Assembly (NCBI RefSeq): GCF_963506605.1
Contig: NC_083281.1
Span: 71,548,001 to 71,612,000, forward strand
DNA length: 64,000 nucleotides
Source: Zootoca vivipara
Taxonomy: Eukaryota
Direction of reading: 5' to 3'
In this document: positions 24,652-49,263 of the stretch, piece by piece
How the letters are laid out: each line of letters begins with the position of its first letter
Position numbering within the stretch: position 1 is the first letter of the stretch
Program-made: the position numbers and the translations under genes
The notes under the pieces: model-generated
What the model was told of the DNA's origin: nothing
Seen by the model: only the letters and a program-made list of their open reading frames with translations
Database searches by the model: none

Positions 24652-26365
24652 CAGGGGCGTACCCAGGATCAAAACTAGGGGGGGCAAGCCATGGTCGTTC
24701 AGGGGCGGGGCCAAGGCACGGGAGGGGAGGGGCCACGAAGTGGGAATGTGGGCGGGGCTACAGGGCCAGCGGGCCCGACGCCTCTGTGGCGGCGGCTGCA
24801 GCCTCTAAATGACCCCCCTAAACTCTCCCACACGAAATTTCCCTGCTCTGAAGTAGGGCCGTCTCTAGGCCCGGGTCCGGTGGCGCGGAGCGCCAGGGCG
24901 CCAGTTCACCAGGGGCGCCACTGCACCCACTGAGAGGCGCGGGGGAGGCCGCCCCAGGCCCGCCTCTCAGCTGTTCGGCGGCTTCAGGCTGCTTTCCGGA
25001 GGCGTGCGGGTCTGGGGCCGCCTCCGCCGTCGCAGGGGCATCACAACAGGGGGAGGGCAGCACCCCCTGGCCCAGGGCCGACCCTATGCCCAAGCTGGGT
25101 TGCATAGGGCTCCGGCCCTCCAGGCGGCAGCTGCGCTCGCCGCGCCAGGAAACGGGGCGGGTGGGGGCAGCAGAGGGATCCGTCACACCATTGTGCCAGG
25201 TATGCCTAAGACGGCCCTGCTCTGAAAACACCGCTCCCATCCATTTACGGCTAGCCACCTCCCTGAAAAAACCCTTTGGGCCCCGCTTTCCCTCCTCCAG
25301 GTCCCCCCGAAGCCTTGCCAGTTCCCACCCTATATATCTGGGATGGGGAAGGAGCTCAGAGGTCTGCTAGTCCTGGGGGGCCACCCCCCCATGGCCTGGG
25401 AGGATACTGGGGACCCCCCCGCCAAGCTCAGACCCTCAAAGAAGAAGAAGAAGCTGCCACCGCCGCCTCCCCATCGCAAGGGAGCAAAAGATGGGAAAGG
25501 TGGGGTGGCGCAGCGCAGGCGAGCCCCCCCCCCAGCTGCGACCCTACGGCGGCTGCAGTGGCTCCCCCGCCCTCAACGCCCCTCTCTCGGCAGGGGCAGC
25601 AAGGGAGAGCGGCTGGGGGGGGCACATTGCAAAGAAGGAAACAGCAGCCAATGCCCGGAGAGGGCAATGCACGCAGGGGGAGCGGAGAGCTGTGCTGCCC
25701 CCCAAGGCAGCTCCTTTCTTATTGCCGGGGGTGGGGGGCGGCGAGGAAGGGTCATTGCCGCTGGGCTACTCCTGCCGCCGGCAATCCAGTGCAAACGCTC
25801 CCACGCAGCTTCCTTGCAGCAGCCACGACCACCGCCCCCACTCCTCCTTTGCGGGCTTCTGCCCACCGAGGCTGAACTGGCTCCTGTTGGTGCACTTCCT
25901 CTCCCGGCCCAGGAGGAGTCTCAGTAGCAACTCCTAACTCAGAGGGGGTAGGGGGTGCGGAGGGGGGAAGGGGGCGATTCCCAGCCCGCGGCGCTGACGA
26001 TCGCAGTACAGCCTACCGGGAGGCAGAGCGCGGCAGCAGCTGCAACCAATGCAGGGAGCCGCGTCTCCTTCGCTTGCCAGCCCAGCAGAACTCTTAGACA
26101 GGAGAGGTTGCCGCCCGGCAGGGCTTTCCATTGGGAGGCACGAAGGCTTTAGTGGGCAGGAATTGGTGCAAATGTAGGCAGGGCGGGCTGAGAGGAGGAG
26201 CCGCGGCCGAGGAGCCGCGGCACCAGCAGCGTTTCCTCCCCCCCTCCCCTCCCGTGTCAACAAGCGGGGCGCCTGCGCAGGGTATTTGCTTCCCTAGTCA
26301 GGTCCACGGTTTGGCCTTCTAGGGGGGGCATCTGCACCCCCTGCCCCATGCTGGGCACACCCATG
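24652..26365. mobile_element. GC-rich non-autonomous hAT-type DNA transposon
   Basis: 8-bp TSD TCCCATTG (24644-24651 / 26366-26373); imperfect TIR CAGGGGCGTACCCAG / CTGGGCACACCCATG. Confidence 0.8.
24854..25219. mobile_element. Nested hAT MITE
   Basis: TIR (T/C)AGGGCCGTCT..TAGGC; TSD CTCTGAAG / CTCTGAAA. Confidence 0.75.
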
Positions 26366-26593
26366 TCCCATTGTTCTAGGTGCATTTTGCAACACAGAAT
26401 TTCATTAGTGCAAGCATTTTCTGAGCTCTGGGCACAGTACTGCGCCTATGATTTAAGATTAACACTGTGGAATGGAAGGAAAGGAGGACCTTTTTCTGCC
26501 TCCCCACCTCCAGCTACACTCTGAAGACTGGAGAAGGGACTCTCTTAAGAATATTAGGGGGATAGGCAGGAGAAGATTACACCATGTGGAAAA

Positions 26594-27336
26594 TGAACAT
26601 AATATTTTAGCTGCAGTTCATTCATTTTCAGTTTTGTATTGTTATTTAAAAAATGCACCTAGACATTCAGTTGTTGCGCCCATAACCTAGGTTTAATGTG
26701 CCATTTACTGTTTCTAACACTGTCGAGAAGGGGAAGCTTCTTTCACTTAGCTCTCTCATCTGCTGCATACTCTGTGGAGGGGAGAATCAGAGCTGGCTGC
26801 AAGGAGGAGCCCTCCTGGGCTAGCATCGTAGGCAGTCAGCATCCTCCTTTTAGCTGGAGTGGTATAAACCAATGTCTGATGACTCTTGTTCTGGTGGACA
26901 GGAAATGTGGAAAGGGAGCCTGTGCTTGACAGGGATGTTTAGAGGGTGGATGTGTCTCTGTGCACTCTATAGGGCAGGAGCTCACTGGGATGCCGACACT
27001 GGGTTGCACTAAATGCATAGTAAACAGCTGCTATGTCTGGTTTATTTGTGGGTTGTTGTTGTTGTTTTTAAAGTGTTTGTTCTTTTTTCAATCCTTTTCA
27101 TAAGCTACTGGAATGAAAGAAAATAAAAAAATCCTTCCATGAGCTTTCATGTGCATGCACACTTCAGATATCTGAAGAAGTGTGCATGCACACGAGAGCT
27201 TGTACCAATGACAAACTTAGTTGGTCTCTAAGGTGCTACTAGAAGGAATTTTTTTATTTTGTTTCGACTACGCCAGACCAACACATCTACCTACCTGTAA
27301 CTGGAATGAAAGGGTTAGAGATAGTCTCTTATACCC
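26594..27336 (+). pseudogene. Duplicated TDRD12 3' intronic remnant with coding exons deleted
   Basis: 26594-26761 matches window 3-186; 26758-27119 and 27303-27336 match about 2160-2526; the intervening 2 kb with three exons is missing. Confidence 0.8.
27120..27299. mobile_element. Penelope-like inverted fragment (degenerate)
   Basis: TSD ACTGGAATGAAAG; empty site at about 2490. Confidence 0.7.
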
Positions 27337-30300
27337 CTGCGTTACAGGGAGTCCAGGTCCCATGCCATGCCCTTAGCTGGCCAATCCGGCTAGCTGGGGT
27401 GTGTGGTTTGTCACATTTAAGCACCCCCCCCCGGCACACCTGTTTGGCTCCTGCACACACAGATCTCGCTTACTTACCACGTGCTGTTTGTGGGTCCTTT
27501 GCTTTGTTCTAGCTTTGTTAATTTTGAAGCCCCTAAAAACCTTTGCTGCAATGCTGCGACAGGGACTTTCCTGCCAGGGATTGCTTGGTTTTCCTCGGCA
27601 CGCTACTCGCATGTACAGGAATTTATTTCAACTTAACCCCTCTGGGTTCCGGCACTTGGAGCAAAGCAGGTTTCTGTGAGGAGGTTATTTCAACTTAACC
27701 CCTCTGACACACACACACAACAAAGACCACCACAGCCAACCACAAAGGAACAACTATATCCTAGGCCAACCCCAACATCTCTCACCATCAAAAGAAAACA
27801 AGTGAACAGTAGAGAACCTACACAAGCGGCGCTGACAACCCCCCCCACACACACCTATTAAGCGAAATAGAAACACTGTCACCCCACCCCACCCTCCCCC
27901 ATCTACTTTCCTTCCCCTCTCCTCACCAATGTCTCAACAAATGAAACTGATATGTAAAAATGCTAAGAGAGACATTGCACATATCCATGTAAACCAAGAA
28001 AACCCTTAATAAAAATTATGTTTTTTAAAAAACAAAAACAACCCCTCTGGGTTCCGGCACTTGGAACAAAGCAGGTTTCTGTGAGAAGGTTTACTTTAGC
28101 AGAGTTAAACAATCCCCTTTATAAATTTATGCAGCAATCAGCTTGTTGCTGACTCGTCTGAGTTCTACTAATAAAGATGCCTTCCTGGTTAAAAATCCCT
28201 TTGAATCCCTCTTAAAGAACACACACACACAAATCTGATTCATGTTAATATAAAGCTATTTTACTCTCAGATTCATTCAGGTTTACAGAACTGTACCTGA
28301 AGGCAGGCTTAGGTTACATACCAAGCAAATAAACTATACCAGAGGGAAGTTGGTCCTGAGGTGACTTCAACTGAGCAGTTATCTTTCAAAACCACCTGCA
28401 ACCGACAGACTGGTTGTCACAGCAACCAGTTAGAACATGGAGGCCGTTAGTCCTCTGTCGGAATGTTGCACTTGACTGCACCTTTACATCCCTCTGTTTC
28501 TACATTTGCAGCCGCCATGAGGGAAGTTTCACTGATGGGCTTATGCAGGCAGGGCTTTGGAGCGTTCCTGGAGACCCATTCAAAAGGGTCTTTCCTCTGC
28601 CGTTTTCCCCTAAACCTCGTTCCCTCCCGTCAGCCCCCTCCCTTGCCCTTACCTGTTTGTGTGCTGTGCTCCTTCCTGACAGGAGTGTGAGCCGAGTTCC
28701 TTAGGTTTCTTCAGTCCAGCTTCCCCCTCTGCTCCGAGTGCTTGTTTCCTGCCTCTTATCTTGCCCTTAAACTGTGGCATTTTGCTCCTTCTTGACTGGA
28801 GCTGGGCCGTGTTCCTTAGGGTTTTCAGCCCACCTTCCACCCCTGCTCCGAGCAGCTTCCTCCCTTGCCCCGAGTTGCTTGTGGGTTTGTTTGTTTGTTT
28901 GGTTGGTTTGTACGTTTGTATGTGTGTACGTTTCCGCTTTCCATCCTTCCCCTTTCTACCTGAGTTCACCTATTGGGCTTGGCTTGCCCCAGTGTGTGTT
29001 GGTTCTTCGTGCGTTCTCAGTTTCCTTCCTTGCTCCTTATTTCTTGAGTTTTTTCTGTTGGCCTTGACTTGCCCCAGTGGGTGTTTGCTTCCCTTCAGTT
29101 GGTGTGTGTTTTATTAAATGCTGGGGTGTCTGCTAAATCGGGTCCTCCCTGCAAGAGAGGGCACACGTTGCGGTGGGTCCCAGCAGACCAGGTCTAGGTG
29201 TTGGGGCGGGGCAATTGGTGCAGCCGCAACACCCTATTGGTGGTCCATCTGACGGGGTGCAATTGGGCTGAGGGCTTGCCAATCAGAGAGTCAGATGGAC
29301 CAGTATTTAAGCGCTGCACTCATCGTAGAGATCCTCCTTCTCTGATTGAATTGCATCAGGGCTTTCGCTTGACCTTGCTATGCTGTCGTGTGTCGTCTGC
29401 CATTGTTGCAGGGGCACGGCAGGAATTTTCCCCACTTGGCTGATTGGCTGTTGCCATTTGGGTTTTGCCTGCCGTGTAGCAATTCATCACAACTTGTAAG
29501 GTTGGCAGATAGACTCTGGTTCATGCTGATAGGTGGGTATGATCCCTTACCACCCTATATATATCTATTCAGGTATTCCTCTTAAGGGAATCCAAGGACC
29601 GATGGTTGGTATTCCCCCAAGCAGGGTTGCCCTAATCCTAATTCTAGGCACATGTGGGGGAATCAGGGCCCAGCTGGCGTGCGCCAGTCGGGTAACCCTG
29701 TCCCAGGTATGTACCTGGCTGCTGACCCATGGTGTGCCCTGAGTCAGTGCTACCCTAGGTAGCTAGTTGAACCGGAGCAACCACTCACTTGATTTGTAAT
29801 CAATAAAGTTGTGGCCTAAATTCTGCCAAAAACCAAACCAAAAATATGAGTCATGTCTGAAATTTATTTCTAGGCCTGGGATAGAGGGTCTCCACACGCA
29901 AAGGGCAGCTGCCTGGCTGAATAAGCTTCCCCACCTTCTATTCTAGATAGGGAAATCAATCGCTTCCATTTACTCTATCCTGCAGGGGTATCTTTTCTCC
30001 TTAAAGGGGCAGCTTGCATTTTAAATAGGCTCAGGGCTGGGGATCAGCTGTCTGGCGCTAAAGCCTCTTAGCTTTTTATGGTACCGGTACATAAGAGGGT
30101 AATTTTGCTAGGGTTTTTTGTTTTATTTTGTTTTGTCGTGATCCCTTGACTATTCTGGTATCAGCAGTAGGTCAATTCAGATTTCCTGAGTTACTCTCGG
30201 GTGTGTTGGGGCTGCTGTTTGTCTGTGCTTCCTCTGGTGAACAGTGTGTTGCTGGGGCAGCCATTTTGAGCACACCAGATGGTCAAGCTTTCCCAGCGAC

Positions 30301-30420
30301 TATTTGGGATGGGACATGTGGCCTGTGTTTGTTTTTCTTGTTTCCGTGTTGCTTTGGGCACGTGCTTCCACACCCTCCTGTGCTACATGAGAAACTCTTT
30401 AATTGTAACTAATATTATAT

Positions 30421-30628
30421 TTACAGGTAGGTAGCCGTGTTGGTCTGAGTCGAAGCAAAATAAAAAAATAAAAAAAATTCCTTCAGTAGCACCTTAAAGA
30501 CCAACTAAGTTTATATTTTGGTATGAGCTTTCGTGTGCATGCACACTTCTTCAGATATCTGAAGAAGTGTGCATGCACACGAAAGCTCATACCAAAATAT
30601 AAACTTAGTTGGTCTTTAAGGTGCTACT
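30421..30628. mobile_element. Penelope-like inverted fragment containing a perfect 144-bp palindrome (30485-30628)
   Basis: Arms mirror about CAGAT|ATCTG at 30556/30557. Confidence 0.75.
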
Positions 30629-30687
30629 AATATTATATTATACTATTAGTGTGTGTCCTTTTCTTGGTAGTTCTTATTTAACCTTGT

Positions 30688-30880
30688 NNNNNNNNNNNNN
30701 NNNNNNNNNNNNNNNNNNNNNNNNNNNNNNNNNNNNNNNNNNNNNNNNNNNNNNNNNNNNNNNNNNNNNNNNNNNNNNNNNNNNNNNNNNNNNNNNNNNN
30801 NNNNNNNNNNNNNNNNNNNNNNNNNNNNNNNNNNNNNNNNNNNNNNNNNNNNNNNNNNNNNNNNNNNNNNNNNNNNNNNN
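30688..30880. other. Assembly gap (193 N)
   Basis: Run of N. Confidence 1.
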
Positions 30881-33800
30881 CCTCACTATTTAATAACATT
30901 ATTTATAGGACATGCCCTTTGTTGTATAGCCCTGGGGGCTGAGTTTTGTTTACTGCTGTTTTGCTTGGTAGCCTCAAGCTACGGTTGTCCCCTCTGTACA
31001 GTTTTTGGTCATAGGTTCATTGTTATTACTGTATTAATATCAATGTTAGTTGCTGCTGCTTAAGGTATTTTGGTTTCTTAGGTTGGAGGCGGATTGCCCC
31101 CCTTCTTCAGGATTACCGGTAGTGCACAAGCGAACTGGGAAGGCCTGTGGGGCCGCATAGCCGCTTTACAGCATTGCTGCCAGGGTGTGCAGGTTTTCAC
31201 CGAACAGTCCTATTGGCTACACGCTTCTGGTATTGCTTCAGGTAGCTGTTTATTCATCCTGATATTATCAGTACTAACCCTTCTCCACCGGGGCATAAAA
31301 TACTGCAAATGATACCGAGTTGCTGCTTGTTGTGCATTAAGGTTTTGCGTTGCTGCCGGTCTGTGTAGGCAATACTGTGCTAGGTGGCCGCTTCTTGGTA
31401 TGGCCATTGCTGATTCAAACCCATGCTTCCTGCTTCGGGCTGCCCTTTGCCTTAGGCAATATTGATTGGTCTGTCATTATTCTGCGAGGGCAGTTTAATT
31501 CGGGGGCTGCTAGCCAGTGCAGACGATAGTGACCCTGGTGGTTTTACATCCTGCTCAGTGCTTGGGCTTGTCATCTCCTTTTAGGTTTTGCCCCTAATTT
31601 TCCCTTGCCCCCAGTGTTGGGCGCCTGTTTGCCCAAACCTATTCACTCTCGGTTTCAAGTGGCGGGAAAGGCTCCTTGTTTGTGTGCTTTCCTGGCACTG
31701 GATAGTGTTTGCCTGGCCACTTGTTGGCTCCCTTAGCCCCTGCTGAGTGTTTGCTGGAATTTGCCTATAGGCTGGATTGAGGCTGTTTGGGGGATGCCAT
31801 TTTAGCTGGGGTCACGTGGTCGCCCTGTGGCCGCCGTCTTGGATCTACCGCATGGTTTTGGTAGCTGTTTTCTCAACTCCACCACCACCACATCCAAGCA
31901 GCTGTTTTTGTTGCAATAACTAGTGGCTACAGCTGCTTACTCGTGAGCAAATATCTTGAAATAAGCATTAGGAACCAAGTATACACACACAGGCGCATAC
32001 AAAAATACACACACACCATTTAGAGAATAAATAAATAAACCCCTTTCCTTCCATATTGCTCGATATATAGCATACACTGATAACAATAGTAATAAATTTT
32101 TAAAATACCCTTTCTCTACTATTGTTCTCTACATAGCACACACATACACACCATCAGGGGACCCGATTCCTATTGGTTGATTGTTGTAAGGAAACTGGTC
32201 AAGTTGTAAAGTTACTGTTAAGTAGCTACGGTATATGCAATTGGATCAGAAGTCTTTGGCTTAAAGTTGGATGTTGTGATAAACCCTTCTTAAGGCCATA
32301 ATCCTATGCAAGCCATAGGAAAAAGTTCCATTGAGTTCAATGGGGAATACTCCCAGGTAAGTAGATAGAGGATTGCAGCCTTATTCAGGAGCTGTACTCA
32401 AGTAGGACCTGCTTCCAGCTAAATGTGTATAGGGCTGCACTGCCAGTGTTTTTCCAAGAGTTTGGTCTTTGCAACCTCCAAGACTGATTTTCATTTCCAC
32501 AAACTGGGTCAAAGAAATTGCAGGGAAGGGGTGTTTAACCCCTTTGTCTCTGGCAATTTTTTGCTGCAAATATGTATCTTCTGTAGGTAAAAGCAGGATG
32601 TCAGGGGAGAAATTTGAATTGGGCGGGGGGGGGGGGACAAGCTCCTCCTGTTTCTGTTTCTCCTGCCAGTCCACCTATCCAATGTGGGACCCTTGCTGCT
32701 CCTTTTATTTTGAAAATTAAGAAACTAGCAGTTTCATCTGCCATGTAAAATTTTGTTTGGTTTTTAGCATAGAACCAGGGGGAACACAGCCCTGCAGTTT
32801 CTCAGAACCCTCATACAGGGAGTTCTAATGAAAAGAATAATATGGTGATTGGTGATGGTTTAAGTACTTGGCACTTCATATGAATACTTATGGAAAAAGT
32901 TATTTATGCCTGTTAGAAAAGCAATAAAGAACACTCTTAAAACCAGCCTTTATGTCTTTGAGTTTTAAGAAACTATTTATTAATTAAATAGAAAATGTAA
33001 TAAAAATATACCAAAGGCATTTGCAACAAGTCACAAAAAAGTAATGCTTTGACTTTTCAGAGTGCACAAGGGATCTAGAGAAGGCCAGAGGAAGGGAGGG
33101 AGAGAGTAATGAGACAACAGCTAAGCACAGCATGGAAAACCTAGCTTGCACATCCCAAACAAACATATTGTGGAACCCTGATCCCAAACCAATGGTTAAG
33201 AGGAATGGTGGTAGCCAGATCCAAGATGTAGCTTCATGGATCCAGCCTACACAACCACAGCCCATTTTTACTTTTACTAACTTCCCAAGAGGTAGCTGTG
33301 TTAATCTGTAGCAGCAAAGAGGCTTTTGGCACTTTTAAAAGTCTAACATATTCTGTAATAAATCTGCTTGTATTTATTTAATTAAAATATATGTAACCCA
33401 CTCTAGTCAAGGATTTCAGAGTGGGTACAACAATTAAAACAACAAATCCAACTGCACTGGAGAAAGTGGATAAACATTAAAACATGGGTGATAGTTACTA
33501 CAAATTAAACCTGAGTAAATAAACAGGTTTTAGCCTGGCACACAAGTTGAAATCTGCCTAGTGGCAACTTTGTTTTGGAGGGGAAGACATTTTGCAAGTA
33601 GGGAAATTGGTGTGGCAAAAGTTCTTTAAGGATGTTGTGATAAATCCATTAAATCTTTAAGGTGCTACAAGTCTCCTTGTCTTTCCTTTGGAATTACGGT
33701 AGATTAAAAATGTTGCTTAAGCTTCTGTCTTTGCATGCACTCCTTCTCAAAAGATGCAGCTGTGCAGGATACTGAGGTAGAGACATGACAGCAGCAAACC

Positions 33801-34519
33801 AAGCTGAGGCTCCCTGAGTGCCAAAACAACCTTCCATGGGCAACCAAGGATCTGCCCTTAAGCCTCATGCTGGGAAGACTCTCCCCATCTAATACACAAA
33901 CCATTGTGCCTGCAAAAAATCTGCTCCAGTGTTGAGATACTTCCCATCATCTGCTCATGTTTCATTGTGTCAAGGCAGAGGCATACTTTGAAAAGTCCAG
34001 TGTATTACTTTTCTTGACCTCTTCAACCGCTGGAGTCAATATCATATGGATTATGTCTAGATCACATGTCTTTCTCCCTCCCAGATGTTCACCTGCCATT
34101 TCATTTGGGTTTCTACCCTTTATAAATCTGTAAGACATTTAAGAGATGAGATTTCATCTTTGCGCTTCCATGTTTGTTTGCTGGTAGATGGCACTGTAAT
34201 ACTGCATGTTCCGTCCTTTCAGCTTGCTGAGAAAATAATGTGGAAATTCCATACCTGAAATCAAGTCCATGGCCTACAACTCCTCAGGTCTTTCTCCCCA
34301 TACAGATATTTTCTTAAGATGTTGCAGATCCCTGAATTCAATGTGTTACAAAAATGAATGCATTTTACAGGGGGAAAGAACAGAACGGTGTCTTTTTCAG
34401 GACACTTACTGTCTCACAAATGTCCCCTATCCTCAGCATTGAGACCTATAGTTGTGGACATGATGTAGCATACCTGGTGAACCATTTCCAGGATCTAGCC
34501 TTTTTAATGATGGAAAAAT

Positions 34520-47169
<12,650 letters not shown>

Positions 47170-48366
47170 TTTGCTTACTTGATGCTGATTAAAATTAATT
47201 ATTATTAATTATTAAATTAGTGAATCCTGCAACCAGCACAAAGTAAACTATGATTATATTATTCAAAAGTCTGTTTACCTTTTGACTTCAAAAAAGCAAC
47301 AGGGGACCCATAGCGCTCTTACATAGTTAATTCAAAGTAATGGTGGGATGTGCTAACTCACTCCAAGTTGGCTTTGTAATGTTATAGCATAATCAAATCT
47401 AAGTGTGGGACACTGTGATATCACCTCACTGGTCCTATGATCCCTGATTATCTAGATCACCTGTTTTTAATGCCTGCCAAGAGGGTGAACCAGTTATCTT
47501 TCGCTTCCACACTTACCTGTTATGGCTGATCCATTTAACTACTCTGGAATTTTGGTAATAATCAGTATTCAACTTAAGAGGTACAAATGCCAATGCCTTG
47601 GAGCACTCAATTTTTGGAAACGACAGTTTGCCATTTTCATGACGATTAGGAGAAATGTATGAGTAATATAAAGGTGGCTTATCTGCCTTGATGGGAGCTC
47701 AAAGGTTGAAAATGAATTTGCTGTACAAAACACGATTTGATAACTTATTATCAGATGGTTTGTTGGCCACCAGTGATCAGATGACTTTGTTATCAGTTTG
47801 CTCATTTTATATTGCAAACTTTATAGCTGGTTTGATGGTTTAACATAGCTATTTGGTTTCTGCAAGTCTATAATGTGTTTCCTTGTTTTGCACTTGCAAA
47901 AGGAGAAATGGACATAATAAACCCATTATGTGTTCTGAGGTCTTCCTCTCTTTGAATATATCTCCCTGTATAACAAAATAGGGCAGATGGAAGCGGTTTG
48001 AAGCACAGGGCCAGTGGGAGGAACAGACACATGTCTGTGTAAGATTTTTAGGCTTTTAGTGATGATGGGGGGCAGAAAGGAGGAATTGAGGAGGGGATGT
48101 GGTGGGAAAGTGGCTGGATTTAACAAGGGCATCTGCAGGACTGAGGAGGAGCAGCAAGAGGAAAGAAGGACGTTAATCTATGGCCTTGTAAAGCAGAATG
48201 ATTATTGTCCCTTTTCTTTTCCTATTATTCTTTTCCCATTAGGTTATGTACTTTGTGTTTTATGCTGTAAATCTCTGTGATCTCTTGATGAAGGGCCACA
48301 AATGAATGAATGAATGAATGGTTTATCCTGGAGAAGAGAAGACCAAGGTTAAACTAGCAAGCCAGA

Positions 48367-48569
48367 GCAAAATAAAAAAATTCCTTCAGTAGCACCTTAA
48401 AGACCAACTAAGTTTTTATTTTGGTATGAGCTTTCGTGTGCATGCACACTTCTTCAGAACATGCACACGAAAGCTCATACCAAAATAAAAACTTAGTTGG
48501 TCTTTAAGGTGCTACTGAAGGATTTTTTTTATTTTGCTTCGACTCAGACCAACATGGCTCCCTACCTGT
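48367..48569. mobile_element. Penelope-like inverted fragment in SLC7A9-B intron 1
   Basis: Inverted arms; about 15-16-bp TSD ACTAGCAAGCCAGAG. Confidence 0.75.
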
Positions 48570-49184
48570 AACTAGCAAGCCAGAGGTTAAACTAACCCCT
48601 TTCCAGCCCGGGAGGAGCATTCGCACGACACACCAATACACTGCAGCCGACACACTAACGTGTCACGTGATACACAGTTTGGAAAGCTCTGCGCTAGAAT
48701 ATAACACAGAGGAGGAGCACAACACATTAAACTGACGGGGGAGAGGGCAGGGTTGTGGTCGCACACAGGCAGTCACAATGCAGGACGTGAGCAGCCAGTT
48801 CTCAAAACAAGAAAGGTGGCTGTTTTGCAGGAACTGGGGGCATTTGCAGGGCTTCTCTCACCTCTTCCTTGCTTATTTTTGGGAACCGTCATCACAAAGA
48901 GAACGTGGCCTGTGGTCTGAGCTATCATCATGATTTGAGAAAAAATCCTTGGGAAGAAAGGTGGCCTCAGTGATGATGCCTTTTGCCTGGGCTTTTAAAA
49001 AAAAATCTGAATAGAGAGGGAGGGAGGGAAGGAGGGAGGGAGGCCTGCCTTTGGATAAGGATAGGAAAGGCAGGGGGAATTGTTGCTGCACATCCCTGGC
49101 TCTCTCCTCCAGTTGGTGTTGCTTCCTTCCCTGGGACTCAGCTAGACTAAAGTTATTGAATATAGTATATTGAATACAGTACAG

Positions 49185-49207
49185 TATGTGTATGTATATG
49201 TATATGT

Positions 49208-49260
<53 letters not shown>
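49185..49260. repeat. (TA)n / (TATG) microsatellite
   Basis: Visible. Confidence 0.95.

Positions 49261-49263
<3 letters not shown>

Larger units (their letters stand above)
27337..32232. mobile_element. Unclassified repeat-derived insertion cluster (LTR-like segments, nested A-tailed fragment at about 27706-28040)
   Basis: Replaces sequence homologous to 2527-5310; AATAAA at 28170 and 29802; nested fragment flanked by AACCCCTCTG; no long ORF. Confidence 0.45.

Noticed and set aside
24626-26322. Many overlapping 60-199 aa ORFs and a CpG-island appearance
   Set aside because: These are low-complexity products of GC-rich transposon sequence bounded by a TSD, with no protein motifs.
30609-30899. 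ORFs spanning X runs
   Set aside because: Artefacts of the N gap.
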